DNA of 64,000 nt from an uncultured Candidatus Kuenenia sp. (GTDB taxonomy: Bacteria > Planctomycetota > Planctomycetia > Gemmatales > Gemmataceae): assembly GCA_964646215.1 (NCBI GenBank), contig CAZYAY010000006.1:2747-66746 (forward strand), written 5' to 3'. Under the pieces are notes generated by a model, which was given only the letters and a program-made list of their open reading frames with translations, was not told the DNA's origin and did not search any database. The position numbers and the translations under genes are program-made. Within the stretch, counting starts at the first letter, position 1. Each line of letters starts with the position of its first letter. Below are positions 1-8,528 of this stretch, in pieces.

Positions 1-661
1 CAATATTTTGCATGGCCATCATGATGAAAAGAAAAATCATGAAATAATTTTCGGTATTGGCAAAGTATATGATCATAAAAAAACATACTATTATCGATAA
101 AGCATAAGTGATTTTGTCTGCAAATCTTAAAAATAAGCCTAGAAAATCCCGTAATGCTTGCCCACCATCCAATGGGAATACCGGTAATAAGTTTAAAATT
201 GGCCAGTACAAATTGATATAAAGTAAAAAACCAACAAACAGATTCACTTTTAACCATGGGCCTTTGTTTTCTTGTGGAATTACATTTGATTCTGATAGAA
301 ACCAGATCAAAGCATAGAGCACTAACTGGGTTCCGGGGCCTGCAAGGGTAACGGCGATCCTCTTCCATCGATTTGATAAATTATTGCTGCCAATGGCGAC
401 TCCGCCAAATCCATGCAATATGATATACCCTCGTGTTCCGAAAAATTGCCCCATAAAAACATGCCCGAGTTCATGAATGAGTATGGAAAAGAAAACAGCC
501 ATTATCCAGGTGAGCAATACGGTTAAATCATTGGTCATCGTGTAATAAGGCCAACCAAGAATAGCCGTGACTATCCAAAACATTGGTTGTACCCTGATTG
601 GGGTGCCCAGAAGGTTTAATCGTAAATCCCAAGTGGTTTCTTGCTGATAATCCATGAACAT
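1..661 (-). CDS. M50-family (site-2-protease-like) membrane zinc metalloprotease; 3' end lies beyond the left window edge
   Basis: Absent from the ORF track because it is open at the window edge. My own minus-strand translation from ATG 661 (second in-frame ATG at 655, in-frame stop at 671-673 upstream) gives MFMDYQQETTWDLRLNLLG... It contains HELGH (complement of 461-475) and NLLPVFPLDGG (complement of 161-193), the two M50 signatures, within hydrophobic helices. Confidence 0.75.
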   Translation of the reverse strand, partial: MFMDYQQETTWDLRLNLLGTPIRVQPMFWIVTAILGWPYYTMTNDLTVLLTWIMAVFFSILIHELGHVFMGQFFGTRGYIILHGFGGVAIGSNNLSNRWKRIAVTLAGPGTQLVLYALIWFLSESNVIPQENKGPWLKVNLFVGFLLYINLYWPILNLLPVFPLDGGQALRDFLGLFLRFADKITYALSIIVCFFMIIYFANTENYFMIFLFIMMAMQNI

Positions 662-772
662 GACTTGATATTACCATCATTTTAAGCATTAATAAAAGAA
701 CAATGTAGTATGTATAATCTTTTGCTTGGCTTAAGGATATGCTTTGGCCAATTTTAATCGCGAGAATTTGTA

Positions 773-1273
773 ATGAATAAAAATTCTGTAGAAGGAATGG
801 CTGTTTATCCCGGAACCTTTGACCCGATCCATTTTGGTCATTTGGATATTATTGAACGGGGATCCAAGGTTTTTCCTCAACTTTTAGTCGGGGTTGGTAT
901 AAATCCGGATAAAAGTACTTTGTTCTCACTAGAGGAACGTGTTGATTTGGTAAAACAAGCAACCTCCCATCTTTCGAATGTAAAAGTCTTACCTTTTGAA
1001 AATTTAGTGGTGCATTTTGTTAAAGAATCGAATTCCAAACTGATTCTTCGCGGTATGCGGACTACCAGCGATATGGATTATGAATTCACAATGTCGCTTG
1101 CCAATATGGCTTTGGATCCAGACATTGAAACGGTTTTTTTGCTCGCCAAAGATATCTATTCGCACTTAAGTAGTTCGCTGTTGAAACAAATTGCAGTACT
1201 TGGTGGTGATCTCTCGAAGTTTATTCCACCTGCTGTTGCAAAAGCAATGTTGGAAAAAATAAGACGTAAATAA
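773..1273 (+). CDS. coaD: Phosphopantetheine adenylyltransferase
   Basis: AVYPGTFDPIHFGHLDIIERG (the T/HxGH nucleotidyltransferase motif). It looks colinear with E. coli CoaD along its length, including SSSLLKQI near the C-terminus. Start could also be M9 (797). Confidence 0.93.
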   Translation: MNKNSVEGMAVYPGTFDPIHFGHLDIIERGSKVFPQLLVGVGINPDKSTLFSLEERVDLVKQATSHLSNVKVLPFENLVVHFVKESNSKLILRGMRTTSDMDYEFTMSLANMALDPDIETVFLLAKDIYSHLSSSLLKQIAVLGGDLSKFIPPAVAKAMLEKIRRK

Positions 1274-1303
1274 GGCATTGCTTGCGACTGGATAATTTGA
1301 GAA

Positions 1304-2140
1304 ATGACTCAAGATAAAGAAAGTTACCCTGGTTATTTGATCGAGTCGTTATTGGCTCAGGGGCCTGTTACGGTTGTTTATAGTGCAATTGATCTGGCTT
1401 CCGGACTTCCCTGTGTGATTAAAACGATTCGGCTTGATTATCCATACGAAAAGCAGGCCTTGGCTTTTTTGAAAAATGAAATCAAACTGCTTGAAACAAT
1501 CAATCATCCTGCTTGTCCAGTGCTTCGAAAAACCAATACGGATATAAAACCTTTTTTCTTCGTGTTGGAAAAAATTGAAGGGTCTACATTGCGCCAGGAA
1601 TTAGGCCGAAAGTTTTCATTTGGAGCTTCTTATGTTATTCAGATTAGCAGGCAAATTCTTTCTTTGTTATCGAATTTGCATGGCGAAGGGTTCACGCATG
1701 GTGACATCAAGCCGGAAAACATTTTAATTGAACAATCTGGAAAAATCAAAGTTGTCGATTTTGCGTTTTCTTCAAATGTGCGAATGAATGAAAAGCTTGA
1801 AACCAACCTCATGCTTGGCACTCCTAATTATATTGCACCCGAATTGTGTGCTGATATCCCTTTAATAAGCTTGGAAAACGATATTTATAGCTTGGGCGTT
1901 TTAATGTTTGAGATGCTTACAGGTTGCTTGCCCTACCCTGAAGGAACTATTTCTCAAACACTATTAAGGCACCAAAGTGATCCGCCTGCTAAATTGCGCC
2001 AACATCTTGGCGATTTAAATCCCAAGTTAGTTAATGCAATCGTAGAAATGCTTTCTTTTAATTTGAATGACCGACCTAAGGCTAAAAATTTGCTGGATGT
2101 TTTTGTTAAATTCGAAATTGAAAACATGGTTTCAGGCTGA
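1304..2140 (+). CDS. Ser/Thr protein kinase, kinase domain only (278 aa)
   Basis: Hanks-type motifs are present: CVIKT (beta3 Lys), HGDIKPENILI (catalytic loop, HGD instead of HRD), DFAFS (DFG variant), GTPNYIAPE (APE). The Gly-rich loop is degenerate (LLAQGPVTVVY). It lies 30 nt downstream of coaD. Confidence 0.85.
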   Translation: MTQDKESYPGYLIESLLAQGPVTVVYSAIDLASGLPCVIKTIRLDYPYEKQALAFLKNEIKLLETINHPACPVLRKTNTDIKPFFFVLEKIEGSTLRQELGRKFSFGASYVIQISRQILSLLSNLHGEGFTHGDIKPENILIEQSGKIKVVDFAFSSNVRMNEKLETNLMLGTPNYIAPELCADIPLISLENDIYSLGVLMFEMLTGCLPYPEGTISQTLLRHQSDPPAKLRQHLGDLNPKLVNAIVEMLSFNLNDRPKAKNLLDVFVKFEIENMVSG

Positions 2141-2155
2141 ATTCTACAGTTTTGT

Positions 2156-2659
2156 TTATTCGTCTTGGTCAAGATCTTTTTCAGTGTAAAGGATAAAACC
2201 CTTTTTCTCTAATGTTGATGTTGCTGTTTCGTGATCCTCAACATAAAGGGCAAGTGCTGAGTTTCCACTTGGGCCAATTAACAGGGGGTAAGCATAGTGG
2301 ATGTTTACTTCGGCTTCTAAAAGCGCTTTGCATATCAACAACAAAGGTTGAGGATCGGTTGGTAATTTTACTATTAGTAGATCGCTTTCGGTGAATGGCA
2401 GATTAGCTTGTGCGAATATTTCGGTGGCTCTTTCTGGGTTACTTAGCACTAGCCTTATGATTGCACAATCAGCTGAATCAACGATGGATATGGATACAAT
2501 TCGAATGTCTGTCATTTCAAACCATCGCACAACCCGCATCAGACCGCCTACCCGGTTGGCCACAAATACATTAAATTGCCTTACACTGGGCCAGTCTCTG
2601 CCCCTTGCAGTCTGAAATCCTGTTGAACTGCCTGATCCATCATTTTTTCCAATTGCCAT
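2156..2659 (-). CDS. ACT-domain-like small-molecule-binding protein (two tandem ACT-like repeats), putative
   Basis: ORF track gives 2156..2683 with a TTG start. ATG at 2659 is preceded by AAGGAAGGA, so I prefer 2659. Two beta-alpha-beta-beta-alpha-beta-like repeats (FNVFVANRVGGLMRVV... and LIVKLPTDPQPLLLICKAL...) resemble ACT domains. Assignment is by pattern only. Confidence 0.55.
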   Translation of the reverse strand: MAIGKNDGSGSSTGFQTARGRDWPSVRQFNVFVANRVGGLMRVVRWFEMTDIRIVSISIVDSADCAIIRLVLSNPERATEIFAQANLPFTESDLLIVKLPTDPQPLLLICKALLEAEVNIHYAYPLLIGPSGNSALALYVEDHETATSTLEKKGFILYTEKDLDQDE

Positions 2660-2832
2660 GGCGATCCTTCCTTGTAAAAACAACCCATACTATCATTAAA
2701 TTAAACATTTTCGGAACAATCTTGGAAGTTAAATTTACAAATAATCAGAATCTAAGGTGTGGCGGAGTTGCTCGAAACCGTTCCCCTGTGATATCCTAGT
2801 TTTGTACAATTATTTTCTTTTGGGTCATTTTC

Positions 2833-4041
2833 ATGAGTTCATTTACAGTTCAGGTCGCAGATAGGGTTAAAAGACTCCCACCCTATTTGTTTGGTAAGAT
2901 TAATGAACTTAAATACAGAATGCGTAAGCAGGGTGCCGATATCATCGACCTTGGCATGGGTAATCCTCGCGATGTTCCCGATCCCATGGTCATTGACAAA
3001 TTGTGTGAAGCTGCAAGAGACGAGAAAAATCATGGGTATTCCGTCAGTAACGGCATTAAAAACCTACGTAACGAAATTTCTAAAAGATACGAGCGCAAGC
3101 ATGGTGTCTCCCTTGATCCTGATCGCGAAGTACTAGCTGGCCTTGGTTCCAAGGAAGTATTCAGTCACATGTGTCTGGCTTTGCTGGGCCCTGGCGATAC
3201 TGCAATTGTTCCTGCCCCATCTTTTCCCATCCATGTTTATGCCGTGGCTCTTGCCTCTGGTAATGTGATCAGCTTGGATTGCACCCAACCAGATAAGTTT
3301 CTGTCCAATATTTCCGCTGTTGCTGAGCATTTATACCCGAAGCCTAAGGTTTTAATTTTAAACTATCCACATAATCCAACTACTACGGTTGTTGAAAAAG
3401 AATTTTTCGTTGATGTCGTTAAATTAGCTAAGAAATTTGGTTTTATGGTGATTCATGATTTTGCCTACGGAGATGTTTGTTTTGATGGATATCAGGCACC
3501 TAGTTTTTTAAGCGTACCCGGTGCTAAAGATGTTGGCGTTGAAACTATTACCATGAGCAAAGGCTACAACATGGCTGGTTGGCGCTTAGGTTTTTGTGTC
3601 GGAAATGCAGAAATGGTCAAAGCTCTTGCCACCATTAAGGGGTATTACGACTATGGTATTTTTCAACCAATCCAGATCGCAGGGATAGTCGCATTAAGGC
3701 ATGGCGAGGATTTGGTTCAAAAACAAGCTTTGGAATATCAAAAAAGACGCGATGTACTTGTTGAAGGATTGCGAAGGATTGGTTGGCAGGTTAATGTCCC
3801 CAAGGCCAGCATGTTTGTTTGGGCTCAATACCCCCTGGCTTGGCGTGAAAAAATGAACTCTATTGATTTTACAATGAAACTGCTTGAAGAAGGTGAAGTT
3901 GCAGTCAGTCCAGGTGGCGGTTTTGGCGAAGCAGGCGAAGGTTATCTGCGCCTGGCTTTGGTTGAAAACGAACAGCGTTTGAGGCAGGCGGTTAGGCAAA
4001 TAGCCCGCTGCCTTAAAACTGAGATGATCCCCCCTATTTAA
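2833..4041 (+). CDS. Class I/II PLP-dependent aminotransferase (AspC/AlaC-like)
   Basis: N-terminal [13 protein letters not shown]...[21 protein letters not shown], and the PLP-lysine motif [13 protein letters not shown] are typical of the class I aminotransferase family. Confidence 0.88.
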   Translation: MSSFTVQVADRVKRLPPYLFGKINELKYRMRKQGADIIDLGMGNPRDVPDPMVIDKLCEAARDEKNHGYSVSNGIKNLRNEISKRYERKHGVSLDPDREVLAGLGSKEVFSHMCLALLGPGDTAIVPAPSFPIHVYAVALASGNVISLDCTQPDKFLSNISAVAEHLYPKPKVLILNYPHNPTTTVVEKEFFVDVVKLAKKFGFMVIHDFAYGDVCFDGYQAPSFLSVPGAKDVGVETITMSKGYNMAGWRLGFCVGNAEMVKALATIKGYYDYGIFQPIQIAGIVALRHGEDLVQKQALEYQKRRDVLVEGLRRIGWQVNVPKASMFVWAQYPLAWREKMNSIDFTMKLLEEGEVAVSPGGGFGEAGEGYLRLALVENEQRLRQAVRQIARCLKTEMIPPI

Positions 4042-4235
4042 ACGCTTTCCCAAGCTTTAATAATTGTTAAATATTTATGCCATTCTCCGGCGCAATATAT
4101 CATTTCGTTATTTAAGTTATGTTTTAATAAACTGTTATTTATTTAATCACCACGGCTACTTTTCCTTTTACTTTAAGGTTGTTCTGAAATACTCTGTTGT
4201 TTAATAGCGCTGCATATATAAATGGATTTTCTATA

Positions 4236-5171
4236 ATGCTTCCTGATACAACAACTTATCGAATTCCAAGAATTCAAATCATACCTAAAGTAGATGGGTA
4301 TGTTTCTTTTGAATATCAAGGGCGCGAATTGATTGGCTGGAATACTTCCTATTCTTCTCCAAGACCTTTTATTTACCCTTTAATTGGCCCAAGTGGTAAA
4401 TCGATTACCCGAATGGGGCACCCTGCCGCTGCTGATCATTCTCATCATCGCTCTTTCTGGTGGGGGCATAACAATATCGCTGGAGTAAACTTTTGGGAAG
4501 AAACAAAAAGCCCAGGTAATAAGCCCCAGATTCGACAAGACCAATGGCTCCATTTTCAAGATGGAGATTCAGAAGCGGCAATGGCGGTTCAATTGGGGTG
4601 GTATGATTCACACAATGTAAAATTAATACAGCAAAACTTAATAGTTTTAATCAAGCCCCTATTAAACAATGAATTATGGTTGGAAATTCAATCCCAATTT
4701 ACGTCTGTTCCTCTTGAGTTGAAAATTCCAAAAACAAACTTTGGATTTCTTGGGCTTCGTGTTGCTAAAACCATCAGTGCCAGGTTTGGTGCAGGAGTTC
4801 TGTCTTCAAGTAACGCTGAAAAAACCGAAAAAGACATCTTTGCCAAGCCAGCTAAGTGGATGGATTATAGCGGACCAATGGATGATAAAAATGATGAAGG
4901 GGTGACTTGGTTCGATCATCCCCTTAATCCGAGGTATCCTGTTTCATGGCATGTACGAGATGATGGTTGGATGTCGCCTGCTTTTTGCTTGAGAGATGAA
5001 TACTTGCTTGAAAGAACAAAACCATTGGAATTAAGGTATGGATTGCATGTTCATGGTGGGAAGTTGATTATTGAAAATGCAAACAAACACTTTGATTCTT
5101 TCTCCAATTCGGGGAAATTGAGCTTGGAAAAAACTTCGGGAACTTATCCTTTTGTAATTAAAAGAATTTAA
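4236..5171 (+). CDS. DUF6807 / 'PmoA-like' family protein (function unknown; not a methane monooxygenase)
   Basis: PRPFIYPLIGPSGKSITRMGHPAAADHSHHRSFWWGHNNIAGVNFWEE matches the conserved P-x-hPL...DH-x-HHR-x-hW...VNG-x-(D/N)FW core of this family. ORF track starts at TTG 4197; the first ATG is at 4236. Confidence 0.7.
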   Translation: MLPDTTTYRIPRIQIIPKVDGYVSFEYQGRELIGWNTSYSSPRPFIYPLIGPSGKSITRMGHPAAADHSHHRSFWWGHNNIAGVNFWEETKSPGNKPQIRQDQWLHFQDGDSEAAMAVQLGWYDSHNVKLIQQNLIVLIKPLLNNELWLEIQSQFTSVPLELKIPKTNFGFLGLRVAKTISARFGAGVLSSSNAEKTEKDIFAKPAKWMDYSGPMDDKNDEGVTWFDHPLNPRYPVSWHVRDDGWMSPAFCLRDEYLLERTKPLELRYGLHVHGGKLIIENANKHFDSFSNSGKLSLEKTSGTYPFVIKRI

Positions 5172-5184
5172 AGGAATTAACGGT

Positions 5185-7317
5185 ATGTCTGATTTGACAA
5201 ATAACACAAAACATAAAACGTTTCTTGGGCACCCAATTGGCCTGTATGTTCTGTTTTTTACAGAAATGTGGGAAAGATTCAGTTACTACGGTATGCGCGC
5301 CCTTTTAATTACCTACATGGTCAATTATTTTAAATGGACTCAATCTGATGCGTCTTCTGTTTACAAATGGTATACCACCCTGGTTTATGTCACGCCCATT
5401 CTGGGTGGTTTCATGGCTGATCGCTATCTGGGAAATACCTGGGCTGTAATCATTGGTGCTGGATTAATGGCTGTCGGCCATTTTCTGATGGCTTTTGAAG
5501 CTAGCAATATTTTTTATGCGGCTCTTATCCTATTGATAATTGGGAATGGCTTTTTTAAACCCAACATGTCTACGCAGGTGGGCCGGTTGTACCCTCCGAA
5601 TGATCGTAGGCGAGATGGGGCTTACACCATTTTTTACATGGGTATCAATTTGGGGGCTTTTCTTTCCCCATTGGCTTGTGGTTGGTTACAGGAAAATACC
5701 GTAGGCGAATATCACTCGGGATTTGCACTTGCGGGCATTGGCATGGTTATTGGCCTTATAACTTACTTGATTGGCTTGCCTTTGATTAAAGAGGTTGCAG
5801 TTGTTGAAATGAAGGAGACGAATCCCAGCCAGGTTTCTGACCAACCATTAAGCGAAAAAAGTGCGGATCAAACTTCTTCCGTGCTTGGTTCCTTTTCTAA
5901 TTTTGCGGTAAATTCCCTTTTATTCGGTGCCATTTTTCTTCTTGGTGTGGCATGCTGGAAAGGTTATTCCAAACCAATTTCTGCCGCCCCTTCATTGATT
6001 AGTGGTGTTTCACTATTGGTGGTTTATTGGATTGCAAGTCAGGTGAAAAATGCAATGCGAGACAGGTTCCTTACAATTGTAGCCCTTGGTTTTTTTGCAA
6101 TATTCTTCTGGGCCGCTTTTGAACAGGCTGGTAATGCGTTAAATCTTTGGGCTGATAAAACTACGAATCGTTATCTTTTTAAACCCATGCCTGAAGAAAG
6201 TAAGTATCCCCCTGTTATTGATCCTGTTTTTGTTAACGAAGGCGAAAGTCTTCCCTCTACCAGTCAGGGTAAACCTTCATTCTTTAGTCTATTTAAACTT
6301 AAGGACAAAAAGAACGAGGGAGGTTTTGGTTTTGATCCCGTTCCTACTGCATGGTTTCAATCCATTAATGCCTTAGCTATTTTTATAATGGCTCCTCTTT
6401 TTGCCTGGCTTTGGCTTCGAATGGATCTTTCCATCCCAATAAAAATGACGCTGGGTATCTTTTCCATGTCCTTGTCTTTTGTTGTTATGATTGGTGCTGC
6501 TGTCGTCGAAAATGTTCCCCTTGTTACCGATTACGCGGGTAAAAATTTACCTGCTTCAATTACCATTGGTAATAATGGTGAACTCCTTTTGAACGAATTC
6601 GATTCTAAAGAGGTTTATCCGATTCAAGGTGGAAGGCTTACTTATGATTCTGTAAAGAAGCAATTTACTATCCGGGGGGTCTTTGCAGATGTTGAAAGAG
6701 ACCGAGTTGCAAGGTCTAGCGCCCCTTCAGAGTTCTATCTTGCTTTGGAAGATATTTCCAAGGAATTAAGCAAACAGGTTAACACCAATAATTCTTCCCC
6801 AATAGAACTCAAATTGCCCCCAAGCGTAGTCGGGTTTGATATTCGCTATGCTGGTCTTCCCGAAAGCATGGTAAAATTCAACGCGAAAAATAACACCCTG
6901 TTATTCTCTGGAACCTTGGCAGAAAAAGATATAAAAGCTTTGCTTCTTGCGGGGGCAAATCCAGATTTTCGCGATAGCATGGACAACCTTTTTGTAGGTT
7001 CCTCAAAGTTCAAAGTAAGCTCAGCCTGGTTGTTCTGGAGCTATATTTTAGCTACGGTTGGCGAACTTTGCCTTTCGCCTGTGGGGCTTTCAATGGCAAA
7101 TAAACTTGCACCAGCTAAATTTGCAACGATGATTATGGGCCTTTGGTTATTGGTAAGTGCTTTTGGTAATTTCGCAGCCGGAGCACTTGGCGAAACTTAT
7201 GGCACTATTCCACCAGTTGGATATTTTACTTACACAACTGCTGCCCTTGCAGCTTCAGCTTGTGTTCTCCTTGTTTTTAGCCGTAAACTTACACTAATGA
7301 TGCATGGCGTTAAATAA
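5185..7317 (+). CDS. Proton-dependent oligopeptide transporter (POT/PTR2 family), unusually long at 710 aa
   Basis: It has the POT signature FTEMWERFSYYGMRALL (ExxERFxYY), a FYMGINLGAF motif, and a TM10 segment WLFWSYILATVGELCLSPVGLS. I count 14 predicted helices plus large loop insertions. Confidence 0.9.
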   Translation: MSDLTNNTKHKTFLGHPIGLYVLFFTEMWERFSYYGMRALLITYMVNYFKWTQSDASSVYKWYTTLVYVTPILGGFMADRYLGNTWAVIIGAGLMAVGHFLMAFEASNIFYAALILLIIGNGFFKPNMSTQVGRLYPPNDRRRDGAYTIFYMGINLGAFLSPLACGWLQENTVGEYHSGFALAGIGMVIGLITYLIGLPLIKEVAVVEMKETNPSQVSDQPLSEKSADQTSSVLGSFSNFAVNSLLFGAIFLLGVACWKGYSKPISAAPSLISGVSLLVVYWIASQVKNAMRDRFLTIVALGFFAIFFWAAFEQAGNALNLWADKTTNRYLFKPMPEESKYPPVIDPVFVNEGESLPSTSQGKPSFFSLFKLKDKKNEGGFGFDPVPTAWFQSINALAIFIMAPLFAWLWLRMDLSIPIKMTLGIFSMSLSFVVMIGAAVVENVPLVTDYAGKNLPASITIGNNGELLLNEFDSKEVYPIQGGRLTYDSVKKQFTIRGVFADVERDRVARSSAPSEFYLALEDISKELSKQVNTNNSSPIELKLPPSVVGFDIRYAGLPESMVKFNAKNNTLLFSGTLAEKDIKALLLAGANPDFRDSMDNLFVGSSKFKVSSAWLFWSYILATVGELCLSPVGLSMANKLAPAKFATMIMGLWLLVSAFGNFAAGALGETYGTIPPVGYFTYTTAALAASACVLLVFSRKLTLMMHGVK

Positions 7318-7334
7318 TCAGCAGGAATTTAATC

Positions 7335-8468
7335 ATGGCTTTTGTTCAATTTGCTAAAGGTCAGAATTGGGCTGAGAATTATTCGGTTGTTGCACCTGAT
7401 AATTCCTGGTCCGTGTTTAAAAAAGTATTAAAAGGTGGGCTTTCTGACGGATTAGAAGTCCTTGAGGTAAATGCTGGTGATTTTCAATTTACCATTCTTG
7501 TTGGCAAAGGAATGGGTTTAGGGCATGGTAAATTCAAGGATTTAAGACTTGGATGGGATTCGCCAGTCAATGGGCCAGTCCACCCTAAATATGTTGAGTT
7601 GGAGCGCCGAAATGGGTTGGGCTGGCTTGATGGGTTTGATGAATGGTTTTGCAGATGTGGCTTGGTTTCCAATGGTCCCCCGGGAAACAGTGCCGATGGG
7701 AATCGTTATACGCTTCATGGAAGAATTTCAAATTTACCCGCCTCATCTTTAAGTATTAAGACCCCCGAGAATTCAAGTGGAGTTATCGAGATAACGGGTG
7801 TTGTTGAGGAGGCAGCCCTTTTTTCCCCCAAGCTTATCTTAGAGACAACTTATTCGATTGAGATTAATTCCAACCGTTTAAAAATCACCGACAAGGTTAC
7901 TAATCTTGGGAGTAGTAATGCTTCATTTCAACTTCTTTACCATTGCAATATTGGTAAACCTTTTTTAAGTGAAAAATCTTATTGGAACGCTCCAATCATT
8001 TCTGTAGCCCCGCAAACTCATAATGCTGCTGTATCAATTGATTCTTATGCGATTTTTGGACCGTCTCAGCCTTGTTTTAAAGAACAAGTTTACCTTTGCA
8101 TGCCATATGCTGATTCTTCAGGGAGATCTTTGGCAACCATTGTGAATCCTGATATCAATGCAGCGTTTGTTGTTCGTTTTGATGTGAAAAATTTGCCATG
8201 CTTTACAGTATGGAAAAATTTGGGCGCAATTGAAGAAGGATATGTGGTTGGCTTGGAACCAGCAACAAACTTCCCAAACTTCATTGATTTTGAAAAGAAA
8301 CAAGATCGATGCGTGTTATTGGAGCCGAATAAAGAATGGGTTAGTAGCACCGACCTGGAGATTTGGAATGGAATGGAAGGTATTCGGAAAGTTGAAAATG
8401 AAATTAAGGCATTGCAAGTAAAACCACCTCAAATTCATATCGCCCCTGCCCTCCCTTTCACCCCATAA
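7335..8468 (+). CDS. DUF4432-like / aldose-1-epimerase-fold protein, putative
   Basis: GLGWLDGFDEWFCRCGL...GNRYTLHGRISNLPA and later LLYHCNIG / GLEPATNFP resemble the mutarotase-fold DUF4432 family. It starts 17 nt after the POT gene. Confidence 0.55.
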   Translation: MAFVQFAKGQNWAENYSVVAPDNSWSVFKKVLKGGLSDGLEVLEVNAGDFQFTILVGKGMGLGHGKFKDLRLGWDSPVNGPVHPKYVELERRNGLGWLDGFDEWFCRCGLVSNGPPGNSADGNRYTLHGRISNLPASSLSIKTPENSSGVIEITGVVEEAALFSPKLILETTYSIEINSNRLKITDKVTNLGSSNASFQLLYHCNIGKPFLSEKSYWNAPIISVAPQTHNAAVSIDSYAIFGPSQPCFKEQVYLCMPYADSSGRSLATIVNPDINAAFVVRFDVKNLPCFTVWKNLGAIEEGYVVGLEPATNFPNFIDFEKKQDRCVLLEPNKEWVSSTDLEIWNGMEGIRKVENEIKALQVKPPQIHIAPALPFTP

Positions 8469-8485
8469 TTTGAATGCAGTTTAAA

Positions 8486-8521
8486 AAGGGGAAGAGGTTT
8501 TCAATATAACCTCTTCCCCTT
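8486..8521. terminator. Bidirectional intrinsic-terminator-like hairpin between convergent genes
   Basis: Perfect 14-bp stem AAGGGGAAGAGGTT (8486-8499) / AACCTCTTCCCCTT (8508-8521) with an 8-nt loop. It is flanked by an A-run on the left, which reads as a U-run for the minus-strand transcript. It sits in the 60-nt gap between the stops at 8468 (+) and 8529 (-). Confidence 0.6.
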
Positions 8522-8528
8522 GTAGTAT

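Noticed and set aside
4236-5171. 'PmoA' family resemblance taken to mean particulate methane monooxygenase
   Set aside because: The protein is soluble-looking, without the multiple TM helices of true PmoA, and no pmoB or pmoC is present. The family name is a historical misnomer for DUF6807.
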